A DNA stretch of 64,000 bases from an uncultured Methanomassiliicoccales archaeon (GCA_963695345.1 OY968769.1:896001-960000); one strand, 5' to 3'. Positions 52,479 through 63,486 are shown, counted from the first letter of the stretch. A program made the numbers and translations. The notes: a model not told the origin generated them from the sequence alone.

Positions 52479-52753
52479 ATAGTTTAGCCTATACAAATGC
52501 CTTTCTCCGAGGCACGGGGCGGCTCTCGGGAGCTTCGGCCGACCGAAAAGGGATCAGCAACTGGGATGTGCGCCGTTCCTTCCATTTGTCATAAATGATT
52601 ACCGGAATTGGCAAGCATGGCAGCCTGAGGCAGGACATCAAGTACTGTTCTCAACGATGGAAATGATGCAGGAATTACAATTGGATTACATGCTGGCTAC
52701 ATTCTGCAAAAGATTATTAAACCAAACCTGTTTACTGCATGGAAGGGAGTCTG

Positions 52754-53492
52754 ATGTTCCAAGCCAAGCTAAAGTCCGAGACGCTCAAGGGTGTCGTGGA
52801 CGTCGTTTCAACGCTCATCGATGAAGCTAAGTTCAAGATCGATGCCAACGGGATCACTTTGAAGGCGGTCGACCCGGCCCATGTGGCCATGATCGACATG
52901 ACCATCGACAAGGGTGCATTCGAGCAGTTCTCCGCCAACGAGACGGAGATCGGGCTCGACCTGGACAAGCTCAGGGAGGTCATCCGTCTCTCGAAGGCGG
53001 GCGACATCATCGAGATGAAGCACGATGAGGAGCGCGGAAGGCTTGATCATATCGGTCGGCAACGTCACCAGGCGCATGAGCCTGGTATCCACCGAGGGCA
53101 TGGCGGACACCAAGGTCCCCAACCTCAACCTGCCGGCCAAGGTCGCGGTGAACGTGGAGGAGCTGCAGCGGGGCATCAAGGCCTCGGAGAGCATCTCGGA
53201 CCACATCGCCCTGACGGCGACACCGGAGCAGTTCGAGCTGCTGTCCGAGGGCGACACCGATTCGGTCACGCTCAAGCTGCCGAAGGACCTGCTGGTCTCG
53301 CTCGACTGCAAGGAGAGCATCAAGTCCCTGTTCCCCATGGACTACTTCGCCAACATGGTCCGGGCGATTCCCTCCGGGACGGTTGTCGTGATCAACCTGG
53401 GCAACGACCTGCCGGTCAAGATAGAGTTCGACTTCGCAGGCGGAAAGGGCAAGGTCAAGTACCTGCTGGCCCCGCGCATCGAGAACGACTAA
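52754..53492 (+). CDS. pcn: DNA polymerase sliding clamp PCNA (apparent +1 frameshift near 53043)
   Basis: MFQAKL...LIDEAKF...AVDPAHVAMI in the first frame; ...YFANMVRA...LGNDLPVKIEF...YLLAPRIE in the second. Confidence 0.93.
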
Positions 53493-53497
53493 GGTGG

Positions 53498-54274
53498 TCA
53501 GAGCTTCAGGCTCTCCACTATCCGGGTCTCTTCCTTCGGGACATGCACCGATATCTCGATCTTGTCCCTGATCCCGGATTTCTCTATCTTGTCCCGCAAC
53601 AGCTCGTCTATCTGGAATATACCAGCCGAGTTGTTCATGGTTATGTCGACGTGGATCGGGATATCCTTCCCCTCGACCACCCGCACCTTTTCGATGGCCA
53701 GGGCGGACACTGAATGAATGTTGATGCTTCCCGCGCGGAACGGCACCCGGGCCCTGCCCTTCTCCATGTCCAGGGCATCGGCCACTCGCACCACCCCGGC
53801 CTCCAGGGTGAGCGGGAATATGTCCTCGTGGTGCGAGATCATGGCGTGCATGGTCTCCACCATCATGATGGTCCGCTCGGCCTCGTCGTAGAGGCCTTCC
53901 AGCATTCGCTTGATGATCGGCGGGGCCAGCATGAGGGACATCTCCTCATGGTTGGTCCGGTGGATCGAATGTCCGATGTCGTGCAAGGAAGCGGCGAGAA
54001 CCACCACCACCTCTGCGTCGGAGATGCCCAGCCCGTAGTTCTTCACGACGCTCGGCTTCATTCCCTTGTCGACCAGCATCTGGAGCATCTTGAGCGCCAG
54101 TTTGGAGACGATCTTGATGTGCGTGGGACCATGATCTGAATAGCCCATGCGGTCTATGGCGGTGATGTTGGACGCCTTCCACAGGGTGCGAACCTCGACA
54201 TCGTTGTTGAGCCTCTCCACCACCTGCTCGAGGACCGCATTCCCCCCACACGGGATATCGTAACAGTACGCCAT
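53498..54274 (-). CDS. HD-domain phosphohydrolase
   Basis: RMGYSDHGPTH, LHDIGHSIHR..HE, ISHH and ADALDMEKGRAR. Confidence 0.88.
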   Translation of the reverse strand: MAYCYDIPCGGNAVLEQVVERLNNDVEVRTLWKASNITAIDRMGYSDHGPTHIKIVSKLALKMLQMLVDKGMKPSVVKNYGLGISDAEVVVVLAASLHDIGHSIHRTNHEEMSLMLAPPIIKRMLEGLYDEAERTIMMVETMHAMISHHEDIFPLTLEAGVVRVADALDMEKGRARVPFRAGSINIHSVSALAIEKVRVVEGKDIPIHVDITMNNSAGIFQIDELLRDKIEKSGIRDKIEISVHVPKEETRIVESLKL

Positions 54275-54479
54275 CGAGGTCAGTATCTGAATGCTATCAG
54301 TATTAAATGGAGCGCGTGGATACAGAAGTTGGCAGGTCGTTTTTTCCCTGCAATTCAAGGCACGACCGGTCCAAGTGTCCGCCAAATATTCCACCGACCG
54401 ACCATTGGTGGGCACAAAAAGTTATTAAATAGAACCGGGCCATTGACCAACCCCCATCCCATCCTTAGAGGTGCTCTTC

Positions 54480-55318
54480 GTGTCCTCGTACAACGACGAT
54501 ACCATCCTTAACCTAGAGAAAAAAGCCAACATACTCCGCCGCCACGTCATCCGCATGACGCATCGCCGCCGGGTCAGGACATCCCGGCGGATCGCTTTCC
54601 TCCGCGGACATTGTGACCGCCCTTTTCTTCGATATCATGAACCACCGGTCCAAGGAGCTGGATTGGCCGGACCGGGACCGTTTCGTGCTGTCCAAGGGAC
54701 ACGCCGCGCCGATCTATTATGCGGCGCTGGCGGAGAGCGGGTACTTTCCGGTCGAGGAGCTGGGCACGCTGCGAAAGATGGGTTGCCGCTTGCAGGGGCA
54801 CCCCTGCCGGACCAAGACCCCGGGAGTGGAGATGTCCACCGGTTCGCTGGGGCAGGGCCTGAGCGCGGCCAACGGGATGGCGTTGGCGGCCAAGCTGGAC
54901 AAGAGATCGTATCGGGTCTACTGCATCTGCGGCGACGGCGAGATGGCCGAAGGGCAGATCTGGGAGGCGGCCATGCTGGCATCCCACTACAAACTCGACA
55001 ACGTGCTGGCTTTCGTGGACCGGAACAAGCTCCAGATCGACGGCACCACCGAGAGCATCATGTCCCTGGAACCGCTGGCGGACAAGTGGAAGGCCTTCGG
55101 ATGGAACGTCCTGGAGATCGACGGACATGACATGCGGCAGATCCTCGACGCGGCGGACCAGGCCAAAGAGACCAAGGGCAGGCCGACCGTGGTCATCGCT
55201 CACACCATCAAGGGCAAGGGAGTCTCCTTCATGGAGAACAACCTGGCATTCCATGGCAAATCGCCCACCGCGGACGAGACCGCAGCGCGCCCTGAGGGAA
55301 CTGGGGGAAGACCAATGA
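54480..55318 (+). CDS. transketolase N-terminal subunit (apparent frameshifts near 54564 and 55282)
   Basis: SGHPGGSLS, DRFVLSKGHAAP, LQGHP, STGSLGQG, GDGEMAEGQIWEA and TIKGKG; GAGGTG RBS. Confidence 0.9.
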
Positions 55319-56258
55319 AGTGGACCTACAGCAGCCAAAGGAAGGAGTACGGCAAGGCGCTGGTCGAGCTGGGACGCTCCAGGAGCGACATCGTGGTGCT
55401 CGACGCGGACCTGTCCGGCTCGACCACGGACCGTCGATTTCGGCAAGGAGTTCCCGGAACGCTTCTTCAATGTCGGCATCGCCGAGCAGAACATGATCGG
55501 CACCGCCGCTGGGTTGGCGGCATCCGGCAAGACCGTGTTCGCTTCGACCTTCGCGGTCTTCGCCACCGGCCGTTGCTTCGACCAGATCAGGCAATCGATA
55601 GCCTATCCGAAGATGAACGTCAAGATCGCCGCCACCCATGCCGGCATCAGCGTGGGCGGAGACGGAGCGTCGCACCAGACCATGGAGGACATCGCCCTGA
55701 TGCATACCCTTCCTAACATGACCATCGTGGTCCCGGCGGACGCCACAGAGGCATTCAAGGCGACCAAGGCGGTGGCCGCCCGGTCCGGACCCTGCTACCT
55801 GCGCATGGGACGCGTTGACGTGCCCAACCTCACCGACATCAACACTCCATTCGAGATCGGAAAGGCAACGATGCCGAGGGATGGTTCCGACGTGACCCTG
55901 GTCGGTACCGGTCAGATGGTCTCGGCCTGCCTGGAGGCGGCGGAGACTCTGAAGACCAAGGGCATCTCGGCCCGGGTGATCAACATGTCAACGGTCAAAC
56001 CGCTGGATGAGGAAGCGATGCACAAGGCCGCCGCCGAGACCGGAGGGATCGTGACCGCTGAGGAGCACAATGTCATCTCCGGTCTGGGTTCATACGTCGC
56101 TTCTTATCTGGTGGAGCACCGCCCCGTACCGATGAAGCGTCGTGGGCATGGCCGACGTGTTCGGCGAATCGGGTGAGAGCGATGAGCTCATGACGAAATA
56201 CGGGCTCACGATGGACAAGGTCGTAGAGGCCGCAGAGGAAGTAATCAGGAGGCGTTAG
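55315..56258 (+). CDS. transketolase C-terminal subunit (apparent frameshifts near 55430 and 56140)
   Basis: [11 protein letters not shown] / [31 protein letters not shown] / DVFGESG. Confidence 0.9.
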
Positions 56259-56259
56259 G

Positions 56260-56910
56260 ATGAAGATCTTCATTGACACGGCGAACATCGAACAGATCAA
56301 AGAGGTAAACAGCTGGGGAATCCTGGACGGAGTGACCACGAACCCGTCGCTCGTGGCCAAGGAGAACAAGGACTTCTCGCACCCTGGTCAAGGAGATCTG
56401 CGCCGTCGTTGACGGACCGATCAGCGTCGAGGCGGTCAGCATCACGGCCGCGGAGATCGTTCCCGGAGGCAAGGAAGATCGCCGCCGGCAACAAGAACAT
56501 CGTGGTCAAGATCCCGATGACCGAGGAAGGCCTGAAAGCCACCAAGATACTGGCCTCCGAGGGCATCAAGATCAACATGACCCTGATATTCTCGGCCAAC
56601 CAGGCTCTGCTGGCGGCAAAGGCGGGCGCGCGCTACGTCTCGCCCGTTCGTGGGCAGGCTGGACGACATCGGCCAGAACGGCATGGACCTGATCGCCGAG
56701 ATCATGGACATCCTGGAGAACTACGAGTTCGACTGCGAGGTCATCGTGGCGTCGGTGCGCGACCCGATCCATGTGACCGAGGCGGCCAGGCTCGGGGCGC
56801 ACGTGGCGACCATCCCCTACGACGTCCTGAAGAAGATGTTCAAGCACCCGCTCACCGATTCCGGGATCGAGAAGTTCCTGAAGGACTGGGAAAAGGTCAG
56901 CAAGAAGTAA
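56260..56910 (+). CDS. transaldolase / fructose-6-phosphate aldolase (three apparent frameshifts near 56376, 56462 and 56644)
   Basis: [50 protein letters not shown] and [15 protein letters not shown]. Confidence 0.9.
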
Positions 56911-56994
56911 CGGGCCATCTGCCCCCTTGCCCCGGGCCGCCGGATGGCGGCATACCATTTCTTTTATAGCTAGCTAGGCCTACAAAAACAGCGA

Positions 56995-57866
56995 ATGGCA
57001 TCTCCGTTCAAGGACCAGAGACTGATGTTCCTTGCAGCGGCGATTATTGCGGTCATAACGGCCGTGGTGTTGATCGCGAATGTCAGTATCGCGAGCGGTC
57101 AGGGTGTGGATATCGGCCGCGACGTCATGGAAACGCTGACCGCCACGATCACGCAGATAATGGTGGCATTCTGGATCCTTCTGATTGGCTACCTGGTGTT
57201 TCGATACCTCAGCAATAGAAAAAAGATATCCGGGACGAAAATGGAAGTGAAGGCCGGCCACGGTCAGAGCCTGCTTCCCTATGCCATCCTCCTGCTGGCC
57301 CTCTGGCTATTCGTCTTCCTGCTCAGACCTTTCGATCCGGAGGGATCCTGAACGGACAGCCGGGGACAGACGCGGGAGAGGACAACATCACCACGCCCCT
57401 GCCGGAAGCATCCCCTCAGAACATGTCGATGGTTCTTCCCTTGGTGGTGGTCCTGTTCGCACTGGCATCCATCATCGTGATTTGGAGGTTTCTTCGCCGG
57501 AATGATACGCTGGCGGTCGCTGGTCCGGAGTCCAGGAGGGAAAATGCGATGGCGGTCCTTGATCAAGCCGTCATCTCGCTCTATGCCGGAGAGGACCCTC
57601 GTTCCACGGTCATACGAACATACCAGAGGATGTGCCTCCTGGTGCAGGCGGGGAAGATCGAGGATGAGGCCTTCCTCACCCCCAAGGAGTTCGCCGTCAG
57701 GGCGGCCAAGGAACTGGGATGGAAGGCGGGCCCCCTGGAGGAGCTTACTGCGTTATTCGAAGAGGCCCGCTATAGCCGACATGAGATGGGCGAGCCGGAA
57801 AAGGCGCGGGCCATTAATTCGTTCGAGAGCCTGAGGGAGAGCCTGGAGGCGAGGCAAACTGGCTGA
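56995..57866 (+). CDS. membrane protein with C-terminal DUF4129 domain (apparent frameshift near 57344)
   Basis: TM helices, then DPRSTVIRTYQRM...TPKEF...LTALFEEARYS; one extra G joins the two ORFs. Confidence 0.78.
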
Positions 57867-57891
57867 ACCGCTCAAGGATGGAAGGAGAATC

Positions 57892-58473
57892 ATGGAGAGC
57901 ATATGGGAAAGCGATCCCGAGCAGCGGGAAGGCTTTCCCTTCGGAATGGCGATCGTAATACTGACCTTCGTCCTTACCATCATGGCGGTCTTCCTTTCCA
58001 CCCAGGGAGAGTCCCGAAGCGGCGAGGACGTCAGGTGGATCTTGTTCGTTGCACTGGTCATCATATTGTGCCTATTCGTCATCAGATGGACCTATCCTAA
58101 ACGTGCCTGGTATGAGGGCGAAGGGCGTTTCATTGACATCAAGGACGTGGAGTTCAAGCAAGGTCTGAACAAGAACAATGTGCAAGAGGCGCTGGAAGGC
58201 AATATCTTCAGCCAGGTCAATCTGTTACAAGATCTGAAGGTGACATTCTCGAACAAGGTGATGGTGCACAGGCACCTCACGATAGCGGATCTGAGGAATG
58301 CGATCGAAAAAGGGACGGCGGGGCAGATGACCAAGGACATCGACCTGACCTGGATCCTAAAAGCGACCACCAAGGACATGGAGGACCTACTGCTGGACGA
58401 GTCCAATGGTATCCGCGCCAATTTCTACAGGTGGCTGTCAGATATGTTAAGGAAGGTGGAAGAGTGGCATTGA
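57892..58473 (+). CDS. hypothetical membrane protein (2 TM plus soluble domain)
   Basis: Two hydrophobic helices; overlaps the moxR start. Confidence 0.72.
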   Translation: MESIWESDPEQREGFPFGMAIVILTFVLTIMAVFLSTQGESRSGEDVRWILFVALVIILCLFVIRWTYPKRAWYEGEGRFIDIKDVEFKQGLNKNNVQEALEGNIFSQVNLLQDLKVTFSNKVMVHRHLTIADLRNAIEKGTAGQMTKDIDLTWILKATTKDMEDLLLDESNGIRANFYRWLSDMLRKVEEWH

Positions 58474-59420
58474 AAGTAGAAGATGTGAAGGCCAAGTGCG
58501 AAACGATCCTGGACGAGGTGGGTAAGATGATCGTCGGAAAGCGGGAGGTGACCGAGAGGGTCATGCTGGCCATACTCTGTGACGGACACATACTTCTGGA
58601 GGACTACCCCGGCTTGGCCAAGACCATGATGGCAAACACATTCGCCCAGGCAAGCGGATGCGAGTTCAAACGGGTGCAGTTCACTCCCGACCTCCTGCCC
58701 GCGGATATCACCGGTTCATACATACTCGACCGGGCTTCATCATCGTTTGTCCTGAGAAAGGGGCCCCTCTTCACCAACATCCTTCTGGCGGACGAGATCA
58801 ACCGCGCACCTCCGAAGACCCAGGCGGCTTTGCTGGAGTCCATGCAGGAGAGGCAGGTGACGCTGGAGGGTGAGACCCACAAGCTGAACCGACCCTTCAT
58901 CGTGATGGCCACCCAGAACCCAATAGAATACGAGGGGACCTATCCGCTGCCAGAAGCTCAGATCGACCGTTTCCTGATCAGGACCAAGGTAGGTTACCCT
59001 TCCAAGGAGGAGGAGATGACCATCCTAAGGCGTCGCCGACTGAGAGGGAAGGAGGACGCCGATGTCAAGAGCGTATGTTCACCAGAGGACATCCTGGATC
59101 TCCAGAAGGCCGTGGAGGGCATTCATGTCGATGATGCCATCGACCAATACATCGTGTCAATAGTGGAGGCGACCAGACACCTGGATCAGGTGGAGGTGGG
59201 GGCGTCTCCGAGAGGCTCGCTGGCCCTGATGCGGCTATCATCGGCCAAGGCGGCCATATCCGGGAGGGACTATGTGACGCCGGAGGACGTCTACGCGATG
59301 GCCGAGCCAGCCCTTGCCCATCGCCTGATCCTTGCTGCCGACCCATGGATCAGAGGGGTCCGGGCGGAAGACGTACTGGATGCGCTGATCAGGAGCATTC
59401 CGGTCCCGAAGGTCGATTGA
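58464..59420 (+). CDS. MoxR-family AAA+ ATPase (second paralogue)
   Basis: GHILLEDYPGLAKT, RVQFTPDLLPADITG, DEINRAPPKTQ and ATQNPIEYEGTYPLPEAQIDRF. Confidence 0.95.
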   Translation: MALKVEDVKAKCETILDEVGKMIVGKREVTERVMLAILCDGHILLEDYPGLAKTMMANTFAQASGCEFKRVQFTPDLLPADITGSYILDRASSSFVLRKGPLFTNILLADEINRAPPKTQAALLESMQERQVTLEGETHKLNRPFIVMATQNPIEYEGTYPLPEAQIDRFLIRTKVGYPSKEEEMTILRRRRLRGKEDADVKSVCSPEDILDLQKAVEGIHVDDAIDQYIVSIVEATRHLDQVEVGASPRGSLALMRLSSAKAAISGRDYVTPEDVYAMAEPALAHRLILAADPWIRGVRAEDVLDALIRSIPVPKVD

Positions 59421-59421
59421 A

Positions 59422-60675
59422 TTGCGCACCCGCACCGGCGGCGCTATCCTGGGAGCGACATCATTCTTCCTGGTCATGGGCCTGACCCTTCACAGATGGG
59501 AGATCGTTTCGTTGATAGTGCCACTGATCATGATGGTTGCCCTGGAACCGCTGATGTTCCGGCGGACCGGAATGGACCTGGTGATCACACGGACGTTCGA
59601 CCGGGACCGGCCCCAGAAAGGAGAGGAGATCGAGGTCTCGATGCAGATAGTGAACCGGGGAGAACGATTCCATTTCGCACAGCTCGAGGACAAACTTCCT
59701 GAGGGAGTCCTTCTGGCGTCCGGCACCAACCGTTTTCCGATCGGGATGGCCAGAGGGGCGACCGCCTTGGTCCAATATTCACTGACCCTGCCGGGGAGGG
59801 GCAGGTTCCTGTTCTGCGAAGTTGAGGTCACCTCAACCGATCCCTTGTTCCAGACAACCCGATCGGTCACATACAGCGTGCAAGGCCAGCTGGAGGTCAC
59901 CCCGCGCGTCCAGGAGATGAAGAGGCTGGTCATCCAACCGACCCGGGTCCGGATGCACGCCGGGAACATCAGGTCAAAACTACTGGGGCCAGGAACCGAG
60001 TTCTTCGCCCTAAGGGACTATCGCTCAGGCGACTCGCTCCGGCACGTCAACTGGAAGGCCTCGGCCAAACGTGATCGGATGGTGACGAACGATTACGCGA
60101 CGGAACGGAGCGGGGACGTCACCATCATCGTCGATGCCCGGACGGTCGATGGATACGAGAATCTGGAGGCGACGATCGAGGCGGCGGCTTCCTTATCCTC
60201 TTACTTCTTGAAGGCAAGGGACCGCGTGGGCATGATCATAGTTGGCGAGGTCGTGGACGTGATCCGTTCGTATTACGGAAAACGTCAGATGCAGAAGATC
60301 ATGGACCATCTGACAGAAACCAGGCCCGGACTGGTCCGTTCGGCAATGAGCATCCGTCTGGCATTGAACCGTTACTTCCGGGAGGATTCCATGCTGCTGT
60401 TGATCACGACCCTTAACGACGGCGGTATGGTGGACACCGCGAAAGAACTGGTGGTAAAAGGACATCACCTGGTGGTAATCTCGCCGCGGCCGGTAGGGAA
60501 TGAACGGCCGGGGGATAGGGCGAGTGAGATCGTAGGCCGGATGGGTGCCCTGCGTCGCGCTGACGCCCTGTTCGAGCTGGGCAATTTCTGCAAAGTTGTC
60601 GACTGGGAGACGAACAAGCCCTTGACGATGTTCTTCCAGGAGGTGAGGGGTTGCCAGCAGGAGAAGGGCCACTGA
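59422..60675 (+). CDS. DUF58 domain protein
   Basis: GPGTEFFALRDYRSGDSLRHVNWKASAK and DRVG. Confidence 0.9.
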   Translation: MRTRTGGAILGATSFFLVMGLTLHRWEIVSLIVPLIMMVALEPLMFRRTGMDLVITRTFDRDRPQKGEEIEVSMQIVNRGERFHFAQLEDKLPEGVLLASGTNRFPIGMARGATALVQYSLTLPGRGRFLFCEVEVTSTDPLFQTTRSVTYSVQGQLEVTPRVQEMKRLVIQPTRVRMHAGNIRSKLLGPGTEFFALRDYRSGDSLRHVNWKASAKRDRMVTNDYATERSGDVTIIVDARTVDGYENLEATIEAAASLSSYFLKARDRVGMIIVGEVVDVIRSYYGKRQMQKIMDHLTETRPGLVRSAMSIRLALNRYFREDSMLLLITTLNDGGMVDTAKELVVKGHHLVVISPRPVGNERPGDRASEIVGRMGALRRADALFELGNFCKVVDWETNKPLTMFFQEVRGCQQEKGH

Positions 60676-61238
60676 GGGCACATTTCATTGTCCTCAGATA
60701 CTCCTCGATCGCATTGATGTTCCTGGCGGTCATCGCCACGCTCATGTCCCATTCCCAGGACGATGTCGTGGTTCCGGGAGCACTCCTGCTGGCAGGGGCA
60801 ACAGCTGGCGCGATCTCCTTGCGACTGGCCTGGGCTGTGGGGTTCAGGTTCCTGTTCGGGGCAGTGGCGGTCCTATCGGCGTTCTGGGCGGAGATTAATG
60901 ATAACGCACCGTTCTATGTGGGATGGGGCGTATTGATCCTCGGCATGGGGGCGCTCCTGGTCGGCGGACTGTCTTTGGAAACGAGCTATCTGGCGACCAT
61001 GAAGGCCCGGCCGGGAAAAATATCCGTTGGGGCGGTTGCCCTAGGAAGGATGGCCCTGATGCTGGGGATCTATCTCCTGATGGTAATGATGGTCGGTCTG
61101 GCGGCGGTGATCGTATCGTTCGTCTTCATCATGGAGAGCTTCCCGCTATGGGCAGTCGGGGTAACGACGGTCGGACTGGTGCTGATGGTGGCATACTTGG
61201 TCTCGAAAGGTGCCGAGGTGACCGACCAAAGTGGTTAA
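60651..61238 (+). CDS. membrane protein (about 6 TM)
   Basis: Hydrophobic profile; overlaps both neighbouring genes. Confidence 0.7.
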   Translation: MPAGEGPLRAHFIVLRYSSIALMFLAVIATLMSHSQDDVVVPGALLLAGATAGAISLRLAWAVGFRFLFGAVAVLSAFWAEINDNAPFYVGWGVLILGMGALLVGGLSLETSYLATMKARPGKISVGAVALGRMALMLGIYLLMVMMVGLAAVIVSFVFIMESFPLWAVGVTTVGLVLMVAYLVSKGAEVTDQSG

Positions 61239-62424
61239 TATCGGCGCAGATTTGCATAGGGTAATGGAATGGGACCTGGTCATCGTGGGAGGAGGGCCGG
61301 TGGGATGCGCAGTGGCGGCCATCACTTCAGGCAAACACCCGACCCTCATCATGGAGGAGCACCAGGATGCTGGGGTTCCGGTCCAGTGCGCCGGCCTCGT
61401 CACCCCCCGGGTCATCGACATGGTCGGGGCCCAGGATTCCGTCCTGAACCGCATTAGCGGAATGGTCCTCCATTTTCCCGGAGGAGCCATCCTCCGTTTG
61501 GATGGGAAAGAGACCAAGGCCGTGGTGGTGGACCGTTTCAAGTTCGACCAGCGCTGCATGGACCGGGCCGTGGCCGCAGGGGCCGAATATGTGACCGGGA
61601 CTAAGTTCCTGGACTTCGAGGTCAAAGACGATCGGATGGTCGTACGGACGGATGACCGGAAAGACATCCGATGCAAACTGCTGGTCGGCGCCGACGGGTA
61701 TAAGTCCACCGTCTCGAAGGCCGCCGGCCTCCCTCCGCCCCGGGACTCGGTCAAGGGCATTGAATGCGACATCGATGACCGCATGGCCGAGCAGACCCAT
61801 GTCCACGTGTATCTGGGCAACAAGGTGGCCCCGGGCTTCTTCGCATGGAAGATCCCCTGCGGAAATTTCACGCGCATCGGCCTGTGCGTATCGGAGAGAC
61901 ATGGTCCGCCGAGCGGTTACCTCAAGTCCCTGCTCGAGGCTGAAGGGCTGGACGGGGCAACGAGGCTGGACAACTACTCTGGCGTGATCCCCTTGGGGAC
62001 GCGGAAGCGGACCTACGCCGACCGTGTCATGATAACCGGCGACGCGGCGGCCATGGCCAAGCCGCTGAGCGGAGGCGGGCTGTTCACCGGGATGATATCG
62101 GCGGAATGCGCCGCGGAGACCGCCTTGGAGGCGCTCGGGAAGAACGATCTCAGCGCGATATCCCTCTCCCGATATCAAAGCCTCTGGAAGGAGAGGATCG
62201 GTCGGGAGCTAGACCGCGGTTACAGGGTCAGAAAGGTCTTCGTCAGGCTGAGCGACAAGAAGCTGGACGACGTTGGGAAGCTGATGCTGCGGCCTTCAGT
62301 GAGGGAGATACTGGAATCGGGAGATATCGACAGACCGACGGAACTGGCGCCGGCGGTCCTCCGCTCGGTGCCCTCGCTTCTCCGGTTCTCGCCGCAGATA
62401 CTAGGCTCGTTGTTGTTCAAGTGA
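61231..62424 (+). CDS. geranylgeranyl reductase family (DGGGPL reductase-like) flavoprotein
   Basis: IVGGGPVG, PVQCAG, DRFKFD, GADG, PGFFAWKIP and GDAAAMAKPLSGGG. Confidence 0.9.
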   Translation: MVNIGADLHRVMEWDLVIVGGGPVGCAVAAITSGKHPTLIMEEHQDAGVPVQCAGLVTPRVIDMVGAQDSVLNRISGMVLHFPGGAILRLDGKETKAVVVDRFKFDQRCMDRAVAAGAEYVTGTKFLDFEVKDDRMVVRTDDRKDIRCKLLVGADGYKSTVSKAAGLPPPRDSVKGIECDIDDRMAEQTHVHVYLGNKVAPGFFAWKIPCGNFTRIGLCVSERHGPPSGYLKSLLEAEGLDGATRLDNYSGVIPLGTRKRTYADRVMITGDAAAMAKPLSGGGLFTGMISAECAAETALEALGKNDLSAISLSRYQSLWKERIGRELDRGYRVRKVFVRLSDKKLDDVGKLMLRPSVREILESGDIDRPTELAPAVLRSVPSLLRFSPQILGSLLFK

Positions 62425-62463
62425 GCGGAAGGTTTGTATCGGCGGCCTCCTTTTTGAGCGCAC

Positions 62464-63486
62464 ATGAGATGCGCGCAGGTGGCCCGTCTGGAGGCGGAAT
62501 CGGTCCGCAAGAGGCTGAACACCATGGGCTATGTGCGCAAGGATGTCCGGATCATTGAGCAGGGGGAGTTCGTGCTTCTGCCGCTGACCGACAGGGTCGA
62601 CCAGCTGGTGATCGAACAGGAGCGTCTGGTCATTGTTGACGGATATCCCCGGGAGAGGGAATGCTACCGGGCGCCGTACGAGATCATCAGGGAAGAGCTG
62701 GCGTTGACCGATGATCTGGCGGACCTGCTTCCGTATAAGTGGGAGATGCTGGGCGACGTGCTCATCGTCAAGTTCCCGGAGAGGCTTAGACCGCATCTAA
62801 AAAGGATCGCCAAAGCCTACGCCGTGGAGCTCGGCGCCAAGACGGTGCTGGACGAAAGGGGCTACATCGATGGCCAGTTCAGGACACCGAGGATGGAGGT
62901 GGTGTTCGGCTCGGTGACCGAGACGGTGCACCATGAAGGTGCCATTCTCTACCAGTTGGACGCGGCCAAGCTCATGTTCTCATCGGGCAACTTCGATGAG
63001 AAGAAACGCATGGGGGAGCTCGACTGCACCGGCGAGACGGTTGTGGACATGTTTGCCGGGATAGGTTACTTCACCCTCCCGCTGGCCAAATTGGCCCATG
63101 CCGAACGGGTGATCGCCTGCGAGATAAATCCCCTGGCCCATTCCTACCTGAGAAAGAACCTGGTCCTGAACGGGGTCGAGAGCGTGGTGGAGACCTACCT
63201 AGGCGACAACCGGTCGCTGCCCTATGAGGAGGTAGCCGACCGGATCGTCATGGGATACATCGGCTCGACCGAGGCCAGCCTGCCCAAGGCGGTGAGGCTG
63301 ATCAAGAAGGGCGGGGTCATCCACTATCACGATGTGTGCTCCATCGACGAGATACCGGAAAAGATGGTGGATGCGTTCTCTGCGGCCTTGGGGGACCGAA
63401 GGTTCGAGGTGCTCCTGGTGAAAGAAGTGAAGGCCTACGCGCCCTGCAAATCCCACATGGTCATGGACGTCAGGGTTCTCGATTGA
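62464..63486 (+). CDS. Trm5/TYW2(Taw2)-family tRNA-modifying SAM-dependent transferase
   Basis: WEMLGDV, MFSSGN, VVDMFAGIGYFTLP, EINP, ADRIVMG, IHYH and VKAYAP. Confidence 0.87.
   Translation: MRCAQVARLEAESVRKRLNTMGYVRKDVRIIEQGEFVLLPLTDRVDQLVIEQERLVIVDGYPRERECYRAPYEIIREELALTDDLADLLPYKWEMLGDVLIVKFPERLRPHLKRIAKAYAVELGAKTVLDERGYIDGQFRTPRMEVVFGSVTETVHHEGAILYQLDAAKLMFSSGNFDEKKRMGELDCTGETVVDMFAGIGYFTLPLAKLAHAERVIACEINPLAHSYLRKNLVLNGVESVVETYLGDNRSLPYEEVADRIVMGYIGSTEASLPKAVRLIKKGGVIHYHDVCSIDEIPEKMVDAFSAALGDRRFEVLLVKEVKAYAPCKSHMVMDVRVLD

Noticed and set aside
52739-53713. 324-aa ORF appearing to be PCNA with a novel C-terminal extension
   Set aside because: The tail is out-of-frame read-through after the indel near 53043; the true PCNA C-terminus is in the 53025-53492 frame.
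54480-56910. Transketolase/transaldolase operon as a novelty
   Set aside because: The non-oxidative pentose phosphate pathway with split transketolase is already known in Thermoplasmata and some methanogens.
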